60,084 nt of DNA, from assembly GCA_031285325.1 (NCBI GenBank), contig JAITWJ010000108.1, positions 1 to 60,084 on the forward strand, written 5' to 3'. Source of the stretch: Bacteroidales bacterium. GTDB taxonomy: Bacteria; Bacteroidota; Bacteroidia; Bacteroidales; Prolixibacteraceae. Positions 1 through 9,100 of the stretch are shown piece after piece. The notes under the pieces are model-generated. The model was not told where the DNA came from. It made no database searches and saw only the letters and a program-made list of their open reading frames with translations. The translations under genes were made by a program, and so were the position numbers. Each line of letters opens with the position of its first letter. Position 1 is the stretch's first letter.

Positions 1-911
1 CCCCAGTAACTGTAACCGCCGTCGAGCTTGATGCCGAAGGCATCATCGTCTGTACGCCATTCCAGCCCGAGGGCAGGCAGAAGGAAAGCGTCATAAACCA
101 GGTTGGTGCGCACATCGAGGCGGAAATCGCGTTTGGCCGGCACCGGCACTTCAACAATACGTTCTACTTCTTTAACACGGTCAATATAAACAGTATCGGT
201 ATGCTGTCTGGTTATTACGGTTTCCCTGCCGGGCTGCGGCTCCTGTTTCATATAAATCATGCAAGCAACGCCGCCGCGCAGATAAGGAAGCATGTTGGAT
301 GCGATATAGCTGTACGTTGCTCCGCCGGAAATGCCGCGCAGCCGTGCACGCAGCTCATCGCCCGTAAGCGAAAGGTCGAGCGCATCGAGCGCTTCCTGCC
401 TCGAAGGGATACGGGGGTCGTTAACGATCATGCGCCGCAGGCCCTCCCAGTCTTCGCCTGCCGAGAAGGGGACGAGGCGGGTGCGGTCTATACCCGGATG
501 TTTCTGAACAATGTAATTACGGATGGCAAGCGCGCGGCCGGCAGCAAGTTCTTCGTTGTGCGCAGTGTTGCCCTCGGGCGAAGCGGTGGCGATAATGGTG
601 GCGTAGTCGAGGTTTTCCGCAAGGGATTCTTCCGAGAATGTATAATCGATAATGGCCAGCACGCGCGCGTTGTCCATATAGCCCGGTTCAAGCACGGTGC
701 TGTTTACACGGAAGTGGATAACGACCGTCTCGGACTGCTGTTGACCATCGCCGGAAACTGCCCAGTAGCCGGCATCCTGACGCGACAGGTCTACCTGAAC
801 AGACGTTCCGCCGGAAGAATCCGGAATTTGACGGGGCGCATTCTGGGCATACGGCGCTCCGGATGCCAGAAGGCAGGCAAGCGCAAGTAACAGTTTGTGT
901 AATGTTTTCAT
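1..911 (-). CDS. DUF3575-type outer-membrane protein with N-terminal OmpA-like domain (3' end runs off the window start)
   Basis: Absent from the ORF track because it has no stop in the window. Manual translation from ATG at 911 gives signal peptide MKTLHKLLLALACLLASGAPYAQ, an OmpA-like segment (IHFRVNSTVL, ATASPEGNTAHNEELAAGRALAIRNY, GEDWEGL) and then DVRTNLVYDAFLLPALGLEW, the typical start of a DUF3575 barrel. A TATTTTTG -7 box lies at 972-965. Confidence 0.8.
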   Translation of the reverse strand, partial: MKTLHKLLLALACLLASGAPYAQNAPRQIPDSSGGTSVQVDLSRQDAGYWAVSGDGQQQSETVVIHFRVNSTVLEPGYMDNARVLAIIDYTFSEESLAENLDYATIIATASPEGNTAHNEELAAGRALAIRNYIVQKHPGIDRTRLVPFSAGEDWEGLRRMIVNDPRIPSRQEALDALDLSLTGDELRARLRGISGGATYSYIASNMLPYLRGGVACMIYMKQEPQPGRETVITRQHTDTVYIDRVKEVERIVEVPVPAKRDFRLDVRTNLVYDAFLLPALGLEWRTDDDAFGIKLDGGYSYW

Positions 912-964
912 AAATAATCAGGTTTTTAAAGTTCTAAAATTTAGTTTCAGATTAAATCAGACGG

Positions 965-972
965 CAAAAATA
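965..972 (-). promoter_or_regulatory. Bacteroidota sigma-ABfr -7 box (TATTTTTG) for the DUF3575 gene
   Basis: Matches TAnnTTTG about 55 nt upstream of the ATG at 911. Confidence 0.55.
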
Positions 973-1260
973 TTTGATGTCTTTTTCCTGTGCAATGGGC
1001 AACCGTAATCATTTACCCACATATCATAATCAATCATTCCCGTGCCGCATGTGTATTTAATAATTACTGCCGTGTGGTACATTATTCGAATAATTTTAGT
1101 GTTATAATTAAATTTGGTAATGAACAGCCACCAATATATGGCTGTTACATTTTTAGCCCGAAGCCATTCATATTACTCTAAAAGTATTCCAGGCGGCAGT
1201 GTGCGTAAAGTAAATCTGTTGATATTTTATGAATGCGTATTCAGAAATCATTAACATGGA

Positions 1261-1320
1261 CAGTGGACAATTAACAATTGACAGTTGACAGTTGATAATT
1301 AACAATTAATAATTAAGAGA
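1261..1320. repeat. Degenerate 7-bp tandem repeat (YARTTRA, about 8 units) ending in AATTAAGAGA
   Basis: cagtgga caattaa caattga cagttga cagttga taattaa caattaa taattaa gaga. Confidence 0.8.
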
Positions 1321-1331
1321 GAGGATACGCC

Positions 1332-1382
1332 ACCGTCACTGCGAGCTTGCGAAGCAGTCCAGAACAATCTACAATTAAGAGA
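1332..1382 (+). repeat. Half copy of a REP-like palindromic element (CGTCAyTGCGAG...CGAAGCARTCC) followed by ACAATTAAGAGA
   Basis: accgtcactgcgagcttgcgaagcagtcc...acaattaagaga; a related copy is at 47871-47936 and a fuller element at 58151-58232. Confidence 0.6.
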
Positions 1383-1388
1383 TGTACG

Positions 1389-1696
1389 CCTGTTTTTTTA
1401 ACAATCATGCGCACGATTGTTAAATCGGAAGTTCCCGAAAGCACAAACGTGCGCATGATTGTTAAATCGGAAGGCTACGAAAGCACAAACGTGTGCACGA
1501 TTGTTAAATTGGAAGTTCCCGAAAGCACAAATGTGCGCACGATTGTTAAATTGGAAGGCTCCGAAAGCACAAACGTGCGCATGATTGTTAAATTGTGAGC
1601 CTCCGAAAGCACAAACGTGTGCATGATTGTTAAAAAAACAGGAGGCTAACCTATAACAAAAGAGGAAAAGAGTTATTTGGGGGTTGAAAAAATTAT
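1389..1696 (+). repeat. Array family A, copy 1: five 42-bp periods bounded by 22-bp perfect terminal inverted repeats, plus a conserved ~55-bp tail (MITE-like)
   Basis: GATTGTTAA recurs at 1415, 1457, 1499, 1541, 1583 and 1625. CCTGTTTTTTTAACAATCATGC (1389-1410) is the exact reverse complement of 1621-1642. The tail 1643-1696 matches the reverse complement of about 47491-47544. Confidence 0.9.
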
Positions 1697-1927
1697 AAAC
1701 AACATTCATGCACAACACAATGTTGTTTATGCTTCATGTCAAAATAATTTCTGATAATTATATCTGTAATTTACATCTTCCAGCTATATACAAAAGAGGT
1801 GGAAAATAATTGAAAAAAACGACTAAAATCAGGTTATCATTTTTACAATTTTAAGAATATGTGTCAAGATGAAATTTGCCCCCTTGTGTGTCGCAGTCGC
1901 ATATTTGAAAACTTGCCAGGGGAGGGT

Positions 1928-1980
1928 AAAATAAAAAGAGTCTGTTTCGCTATTTTGAAACAGACTCTTGATTTTTTTTA
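1928..1980 (-). terminator. Intrinsic terminator after the transaldolase-family gene (possibly bidirectional)
   Basis: 13-bp stem AAGAGTCTGTTTC / GAAACAGACTCTT (1936-1969) flanked by A and T runs. Confidence 0.8.
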
Positions 1981-1990
1981 AGTATGATTA

Positions 1991-3322
1991 CTATTTCTGA
2001 CCTTTTGCCGCATTCATAAACCTCCGCTGGTACGAAATTACCTGAGGTGTTGTAGTAAATTTGGCAAGGTATTCAGGCTCAGCCGTAATTACTACCCTGT
2101 CGGCAACATCAATAAATTCAGGCTCGGTAAGAAGTTTGTCGATTGCCGGATAGTTTTCTTCTCCTTCCATACTGCAAATAATAAGGCGCGTGTCAGGCAT
2201 ATTTGCCGTTTTGAGCAATCTGAGGTTATGGCGTACAGCATCGAGTTGATCACTGCCTTCGCAATTATCCCAATTCCTGTATTTAAGAAGTCTTTCTGCC
2301 GTTTTTTTCACATCGGCCAGGCTCATATTGCTGTCGGGTGTTATGAAGTCTTTCTCGATAAAGAATTTTTTCATGTTTTCGAGCACTGCGCTGTCGTTTG
2401 AAACTTTATACTGTTCAAGATAATCTTTCATTGCAACACTTGCCATTCCACGATGACGTACAAACGAGTTTATAAAATACGGACGTGCCTGCAATGCCAG
2501 CGCGGTTTGGTAAGGCTCAAACATTAGCGTAAAATTAACTCTGTAGCCGTGTTCATGTAAAAGTAAGGTAAGATTGTGCCCTCTGAATTTATCGGCAGTT
2601 GTTCCTGCATCGTAAGCTCTTTGGAACTGTTTCTTTCCTTCTAACAATTCGTTAACATTTTGAGCATTTACAGGACCTGTATGCGGAACTTTAATAACAA
2701 CCCTGTATTTCGACAGCATTTCTTTGAATTTTGCCGCTTCTTCAAGAATTTCGTTGACAGATTCGGAGAACGGGTTGTTCAACTCAACAGAAATATCGCA
2801 GCCGGGGCCGAGGATATTTCCTATTTCCTGCATAACTTCGTCTCTGTTTTTAAATTTGTTGCCAACATTTGCCTTCGGATTGTTAATGAAAAGGTCGTAA
2901 ATTATACCCGGATTACAAGTAAGATTGGCAAGCATATTTTTAGACGCAGCAACTTCGTAAGGATTGGCGCTGTCGGCCGAGAATAACAATTTTGTCGGCC
3001 TTTTAATGCCATTTTTGTCGTAAGAAATATCGCGTACAAGATCGGCCCTTAATACGTTGTTTTCTGTTAACTCGTACTGAATTTTAAAACCGGCAGGGGT
3101 TTCGCCTGCAGGGGTTTTAAAATAATCGACAACCTCTTTAAAATTACAGGTTACTCCAACATGTTTGATGTTCTTTTTAACAAATTCGAAATGCTCAGCC
3201 GAAATCGGAGCATCTAAAACTCTGTTTACATACTCTTTGTCGGTGTCAATTACTTTGGCAATACTACCTTCCTGCCCATAAGATGTTAATAGGGTTTTAA
3301 GTGATAATTTTAATTTGTTCAT
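1991..3322 (-). CDS. Transaldolase-family protein, long form (443 aa)
   Basis: Motifs FSADSANP, LTCNPGII, DISVEL, VIKVPHT (candidate Schiff-base Lys), NFTLMFEPYQ and FINSFV, after an N-terminal extension of about 110 aa. Confidence 0.75.
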   Translation of the reverse strand: MNKLKLSLKTLLTSYGQEGSIAKVIDTDKEYVNRVLDAPISAEHFEFVKKNIKHVGVTCNFKEVVDYFKTPAGETPAGFKIQYELTENNVLRADLVRDISYDKNGIKRPTKLLFSADSANPYEVAASKNMLANLTCNPGIIYDLFINNPKANVGNKFKNRDEVMQEIGNILGPGCDISVELNNPFSESVNEILEEAAKFKEMLSKYRVVIKVPHTGPVNAQNVNELLEGKKQFQRAYDAGTTADKFRGHNLTLLLHEHGYRVNFTLMFEPYQTALALQARPYFINSFVRHRGMASVAMKDYLEQYKVSNDSAVLENMKKFFIEKDFITPDSNMSLADVKKTAERLLKYRNWDNCEGSDQLDAVRHNLRLLKTANMPDTRLIICSMEGEENYPAIDKLLTEPEFIDVADRVVITAEPEYLAKFTTTPQVISYQRRFMNAAKGQK

Positions 3323-3391
3323 TACTTTTTAAATTTAGATTCTGTTTTGAATTTACAAATAATTAATATGATATATGTATTATAAAATGAT

Positions 3392-5545
3392 CTATTCTTC
3401 TTCCTGTTCACTTTCGTAAGCTTTCAGCAATTCATCCTGTACCTCAGTAGGTACTTTTTCGTAGTTATCGAACGAAAGGCTGAATACACCACGACCACCG
3501 GTTATAGAACTAAGCGACGTACCATAACGATACATTTCTTTAAGAGGGACTTTAGCCGTAATTTTTTCAAAACCTTTTTCCGAGCCCATACCCATAATCA
3601 TGGCACGGCGTCCCTGAAGATCGCTCATAACATCGCCCATTCTTTCGGAAGGAACCCATACGTCCAAATCATAAATCGGTTCAAGAATTTTTGCTCCTGC
3701 ATTTTTAAATGCTTTGCTGAAAGCATTTCTCCCTGCAAGTTTAAAAGAAATTTCATTTGAATCAACCGGGTGCATTTTCCCATCGTAAACATACACACGT
3801 ATATCGCGGGCGTATGAACCGGTTAACGGACCTTCTTCTATTTTTTCCATTATTCCTTTAAGGATTGCCGGCATAAAACGAGCGTCTATTGAACCACCTA
3901 CAATACAATTGCAGTAAATAAGTTTACCACCCCAGGCAAGGTTATGTTCTTCGACTGCACGAACAGACATTTTTTGTTCTTTGTCACCAAATTTGAACAT
4001 CGATTTTGGTTCAGTACCCTGTTCGTATGGTTCGATAATTAAATGAACTTCGCCAAATTGGCCTGCTCCACCCGACTGCTTTTTATGCCTGTAATCGGCT
4101 TGTGCTGGTTTTGTTATGGTTTCGCGGTACGGGATTTTAGGTGCAAGATAATTTACTTCAATTTTGTAAACATTGTCGAAATACCATTTTAAAATATTCA
4201 TGTGGTATTCGCCTTGCGAATGTACTAGCAATTGTTTTAACTCTTTCGAGTACTCTATAACAAAAGTCGGATCTTCAAATTTTATTTTATTTAGAATTTC
4301 GCCTACTTTTTCGTCGTCGGCATCGTTCACTGCTTTAATTGCAACAGAATGCCTCGAAGATGGAAATAATATTGGTTCATATTTAGTGTCTGCTTCCTTG
4401 GTGGTAAGGGTTTGATTAAATTTAGTATCTTTAAGTTTTACAGTACAGCCAATGTCGCCTGCAACAAGCTCTTCTACTTTTTCGCGATTTTTACCGGCAG
4501 TAACAAACACTTGCGAAAGTCTTTCCTTGTTTCCCGATTTGGTATTTATTAAGTCCATACCCTCTTGGATTTTCCCCGACATAACTTTGAAATATGTAAT
4601 CTCACCAACATGCGACTCAACAGCTGTCTTGAAAACAAAAAGACTTGGAGTTTCATTTTCATCCATTTTTAACGCTTTACCGCCGACAACATTACGCATA
4701 GGCCTTTCGTTTGGCGCCGGAGCAATATTCGCGATAAATTCCATTAAACGGCCAACGCCTATGCTTTTACGTGCACAAGTGCAAAATATAGGGAAAAGGC
4801 TACGGGCTGATACGCCAAGTTTTATACCTTTACGCATTTCATCTTCGGTTAAACTGCCTTGCTCAAAATACAATTCCATTAATGATTCTTCGTTTTCTGC
4901 AGCTTTTTCAATAAGTTCGTTATGCAGTTTTTCGGCTTTCCCCAATTCCGTATCCGGAATATCTAAAACTTCAACTTCGCCTTTTGCATTGTACTTGTAC
5001 ATTTTCATTTTCAGTACATCAATTATTGATGTAAAACCGTGGCCTGCATCAACAGGATATTGTATTAAGGTAGCTTTACCTCCAAAGAAATTTTTGCATT
5101 TTTCGAGCGATGTTTCAAAATTGGTATTGTCATGATCGAGTTGGTTGAAAACAAGAATCAACGGAATATTCGCCTTATCGGCGTGCCTTGAAGCAGATTC
5201 TGTACCGGCCTCAACTCCATTCACCGAATTTATTATCAAAAGGCCAAGATCCGAAACATTAAGCGATGAAACAACCACGCCGCACAAATCATCCATACCC
5301 GGAGTATCAAGAATATTGATTTTTACATTATTCTTCTCGGCGTAAGAAAGCGACGAATAAACTGAATTTCCGTAATCCTGCTCAATTTCAGTATAATCTG
5401 AAACAGTGTTTTTTATTGCGATCTCTCCTTTACGATTTATAACTCCACCCTCGAAAAGCATAGCTTCCGCAAGGGTAGTTTTCCCGCTGCCGGCATTGCC
5501 AATTAAGGCAATATTCCTTATTTGATTAGTTTTATAAACTTTCAC
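3392..5545 (-). CDS. fusA2: Elongation factor G paralogue EF-G2
   Basis: EF-G architecture (GNAGSGKTT, IPYRETI, HKKQSGGAGQFG, DGKMHPVDS, LEPIY, GDVMSDLQGRRA). It has degenerate DTPGM (for DTPGH) and NQLD (for NKxD), and the domain IV insertion typical of Bacteroidales EF-G2. GTG start. Confidence 0.92.
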   Translation of the reverse strand: MKVYKTNQIRNIALIGNAGSGKTTLAEAMLFEGGVINRKGEIAIKNTVSDYTEIEQDYGNSVYSSLSYAEKNNVKINILDTPGMDDLCGVVVSSLNVSDLGLLIINSVNGVEAGTESASRHADKANIPLILVFNQLDHDNTNFETSLEKCKNFFGGKATLIQYPVDAGHGFTSIIDVLKMKMYKYNAKGEVEVLDIPDTELGKAEKLHNELIEKAAENEESLMELYFEQGSLTEDEMRKGIKLGVSARSLFPIFCTCARKSIGVGRLMEFIANIAPAPNERPMRNVVGGKALKMDENETPSLFVFKTAVESHVGEITYFKVMSGKIQEGMDLINTKSGNKERLSQVFVTAGKNREKVEELVAGDIGCTVKLKDTKFNQTLTTKEADTKYEPILFPSSRHSVAIKAVNDADDEKVGEILNKIKFEDPTFVIEYSKELKQLLVHSQGEYHMNILKWYFDNVYKIEVNYLAPKIPYRETITKPAQADYRHKKQSGGAGQFGEVHLIIEPYEQGTEPKSMFKFGDKEQKMSVRAVEEHNLAWGGKLIYCNCIVGGSIDARFMPAILKGIMEKIEEGPLTGSYARDIRVYVYDGKMHPVDSNEISFKLAGRNAFSKAFKNAGAKILEPIYDLDVWVPSERMGDVMSDLQGRRAMIMGMGSEKGFEKITAKVPLKEMYRYGTSLSSITGGRGVFSLSFDNYEKVPTEVQDELLKAYESEQEEE

Positions 5546-5598
5546 TTGTATGTGTTTAAATTATTGTTTTATTTATTGTTTATTTATTTACTAACTCC

Positions 5599-5682
5599 TG
5601 GTCTTTCTTCATAAAACAACCCGATTTATTCAGTTTCTCAAATATTTCAGGAATGTTTTTATGAATAAAGACACCAAAAATA
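5599..5682 (-). promoter_or_regulatory. -7 box (TATTTTTG, 5682-5675) followed by a long imperfect inverted repeat in the fusA2 leader
   Basis: TGGTCTTTCTTCATAAAACA (5599-5618) pairs with TGTTTTTATGAATAAAGACACCA (5654-5676). Confidence 0.55.
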
Positions 5683-5952
5683 GCAATAATTTATTAACAA
5701 TCAAATCACACAATTTGAATCAATAATGTTACATGTTTTCATGCTTAATCATATTATTATCTTATTGTCAGTACTTTGAGTTATTTTTTATGTATGGTAT
5801 TTTTTAAAAAAATATATAAACTTTCCTGTATTTTTATTTTACGAGAAGTCGATATGCCCAATTCAACCCAATGCATTGCCGTCCAGATGGGATATTAATG
5901 GTTTTCAATCATTAAATTCTCTTAATTATTATTGTCAATTATTAATTATTTC

Positions 5953-5960
5953 TATATTTG
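5953..5960 (+). promoter_or_regulatory. -7 box TATATTTG upstream of the FN3 lipoprotein unit
   Basis: Matches TAnnTTTG. Confidence 0.55.
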
Positions 5961-5979
5961 GCATAAAAAAGCCAAAACT

Positions 5980-6132
5980 ATGAACACAGCAACACCTTTC
6001 GGAGTACTTTCCAACCCTGGAAAAACAATTTCCGCCTGCATTGAACGTTCCACTTTCGCCGTTCCGGCCGTATGTTGTACTATATTAGGCAAACACACAG
6101 TTCGCCACTACAAATTATCCACTGTTAATTGA
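5980..6132 (+). CDS. Possible 50-aa leader ORF upstream of the FN3 lipoprotein
   Basis: ATG 20 nt after the -7 box in an A-rich context (gccaaaactATG); sequence MNTATPFGVL...RSTFAVPAVCCTILG...; stops 47 nt before the next gene. Confidence 0.3.
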   Translation: MNTATPFGVLSNPGKTISACIERSTFAVPAVCCTILGKHTVRHYKLSTVN

Positions 6133-6179
6133 ATAAAATCTTGATTCAGACAACTGAAAACAAATAAATAATAATCACA

Positions 6180-9100
6180 ATGATAAAAAACTATTTAAAA
6201 CAAGCCGCAGCCGCGCTCTTAATAGCAGTAGCTGCCTTTGCGGGATGCGACGAAGACCCCGTAAAAGTAACAGGCGTAAGCCTGAGCCAGCCAACACTCG
6301 CCCTCATTGAAGGCGCAAGCGAAACCCTCACGGCCACCGTAACCCCTGCCAATGCCGAAAACAAAACCGTATCGTGGAATAGCAGTAACCCTGCCGTAGC
6401 CACCATTGACGACGCCGGTAAGGTAACCGCTCTTAAAGCCGGCACAACAACCATAACCGTTACCACCACCGACGGCGAATTCACAGCCACCGCCGCCGTA
6501 ACCGTGGCCGAACCCGAAAGGGCGCCCCAGCTCACCACCACTGCAGCAGAAAAAATTTCGGACGCCGGCGCCACCCTTGGCGGTAATATTAGCGATGCAG
6601 GCAACCCGCCATACACCGAGCGCGGAATAGCCTACGCCACGCAGCAGAACCCAACAGTTGCCAACAGCAAAACGGCGGTTGCCGGTTCGGGTACAGGCGC
6701 CTTTAGCGCCACCGTAAGCGGCCTGAACACCGACACGCGATATTACGTCCGGGCCTACGTAGTCCATGAAACGGGCACAGTTTATGGCGACCAGATTAGT
6801 TTCAATACCGCAAGATCTGAACCCGACCCCGTAGAACCTTTCGCACCCACAGGCCTAAGGGCAACAGCAGTGTCGAACACACAAATAAACCTCTCGTGGG
6901 TAGCCGTAACCAACGCCACCGGTTACAGTGTTGAAAGACGTACTGGTAGTGAGAGTTGGGCAGTAATAGCCACATCGGTAACATCTACCACCTATAATAA
7001 CAGCGGCCTCACCGCCAACACACACTATTACTACCGTGTGCGAGCCTACAATGCGGCAGGCAATTCGGAATACTCAGACGCAGTGAGCGCCACTGCATCG
7101 TTAACAACGCCCGCCACTCCCACAGGCCTAAGAGCAACAACCGTATCTTCTACGCAAATCAACCTGTCGTGGACAGCCGTAACGGGCGCGACCGGCTACA
7201 GGATAGAACGCTCGCTAAACGGCGGTTCGGGCTGGGCGGAAATATACTCCGGAACAAGCAACAGTTACAATAATGACACCGGCCTCGCTGCAGGCACCAG
7301 ATATTACTACCGCGTACGCGCCTATAACGGCATTTACAATTCAGGCTACTCGTCGGTAGCAAACGCCACCACTACCTCTACGAGTTCCGTAACAATTGCC
7401 GCGCCCACAAACTTAAGGGTAACGGTAAGTCCACTGGCAGGGCAGACAGCATACCGGGCTACTGTTAGTTGGAATGGAGTAAGCGGCGCTACCAGCTACG
7501 AGTTGGAATATTCAACCAACGGCACATCGAACTGGATAGTAGTATATTCCGAAACATCTACCAGCTATACTTACAACAACATACCGGAAGGCAACAAATA
7601 TTACTTCCGCGTGCGAGCCCATAAAGGCATCAACAGTTCCGGTTATTCAAACATAGCTACCACCGTACCCGCTGCCCCCACAGGGCTTACAACAACAACT
7701 GTGTTGAACAATCGTATCGACATTAAGTGGAATGCCGTAACGGGCGCCACCGGCTACAAGATTGAGATAAATGACGGTGGGGGCTGGACATTAAAAACCT
7801 CGGTAACAACCACTAATTACCAGAGTACCGGCCTAACCGTGAACAAAAAATATTTGTATCGCGTGAGCGCTTACAACATTAGCGGCGATTCCGACTACTC
7901 GGACGAATTGGAAACTGCCACCCCAACCGCCGCACCCACAGGCCTTACAGCAACTATAATTTCGAACGAGCGTATAGACCTTGTGTGGAACACCGTGGTG
8001 GGCGCAACCGGCTACAAACTGGAACGCTCGCTCAACGGCACCTCGTGGACAGTAATAGACGGAGCGGTAACAGATACCAAATACTGGAATAACCTCCTTG
8101 CCGCCAATACTAAGTATTACTACCGCGTGCGCGCTTGCAACGCCGGCGGCGATTCTGAATACTCTACCACAGTGAGCGCCACCACCGCGCCGGCCATACC
8201 GACAGGCCTAAGTGTAACGTCAAAAGCAATGGTAGAAAATCCTCTGAAATATGAAGCCGCCATAAAATGGAACACAGTAACGGGCGCCACCGGCTACAAG
8301 GTTGAGAGAAGTATTAATGATGGGAGTTGGGCAGAAATAGCCCCATCGGTAACAACCACTACCTATACTGACTCCAACCTCGAACCCAACACAAAATACT
8401 CGTACCGCGTACGCTCATATAACGGCAACGGCGATGAGTCGGACTACCCGGTTGCAGCGAGCGCAACTACCGCAATTGACGCCCCCGCAGGCCTTTCGGC
8501 AACGGCTGTGTCTAACACACAGATCAACCTCTCGTGGACAGCCGTAACGGGCGCAACCGGCTACAGAGTTGAACGCTCGCCAAACGGCACGTCTAACTGG
8601 ACGCAAATAATAGCATCGGTAACAGCCACTACCTATAATAACACCGGCCTCGCCGCAGGCACCATATATTACTACCGTGTGCGCGCCCACAATGCCAGCG
8701 GCAGCAATTCGGCATTTTCAACCATAGAAAACGCCACCACCGAAACGGTAACAATAACGCTTGATGCCCCGACAGGGCTTACAACAACAACTGTGTTGAA
8801 CAATCGTATCGACCTTAAATGGAACGCCGTAACAGGCGCCACAGGCTACAGGGTTGAAAGAAAGATTGACACTGGGGAGTGGACTCAAATAGCCTCATCG
8901 GTAACAGGTACCACCTACCAGAACACCGGCCTTACCGGCATTCATACGTATTACTACCGCGTACGGGCTTACAACAACAGCGGCGATTCGGAATACTCTA
9001 ACGAAACGAGCGCCACAACCAGGCTTAGCGTACCCGGTATTACGACAACGGTAGTGTCGAGCACACAGATTAACCTCTCGTGGGCAGCCATAACCGACGC

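Noticed and set aside
201-890. 229-aa plus-strand ORF
   Set aside because: Antisense shadow of the minus-strand DUF3575/OmpA-like gene starting at 911, which has a signal peptide and recognisable motifs.
1347-1718. Repeat-peptide ORFs over the arrays (1347-1598, 1398-1718, 9658-10097, 24875-25183, 29338-29773, 47528-47966, 58100-58431)
   Set aside because: They are open on several frames and both strands simply because the repeat units lack stops. Starts are weak, copy A1 has a stop within the repeat, and the 41-bp families shift frame every unit.
4173-5345. Numerous 60-230 aa ORFs antisense to long genes throughout the window (e.g. 4452-5135, 19079-19558, 31356-31961, 48302-48868)
   Set aside because: They fully overlap confidently identified genes on the opposite strand and carry no motifs.
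5720-5745. Cur (BT4338)-type site upstream of fusA2
   Set aside because: AATGTTACATGTT matches only half of the TATGTT-N4-AACATA-like palindrome I would expect.
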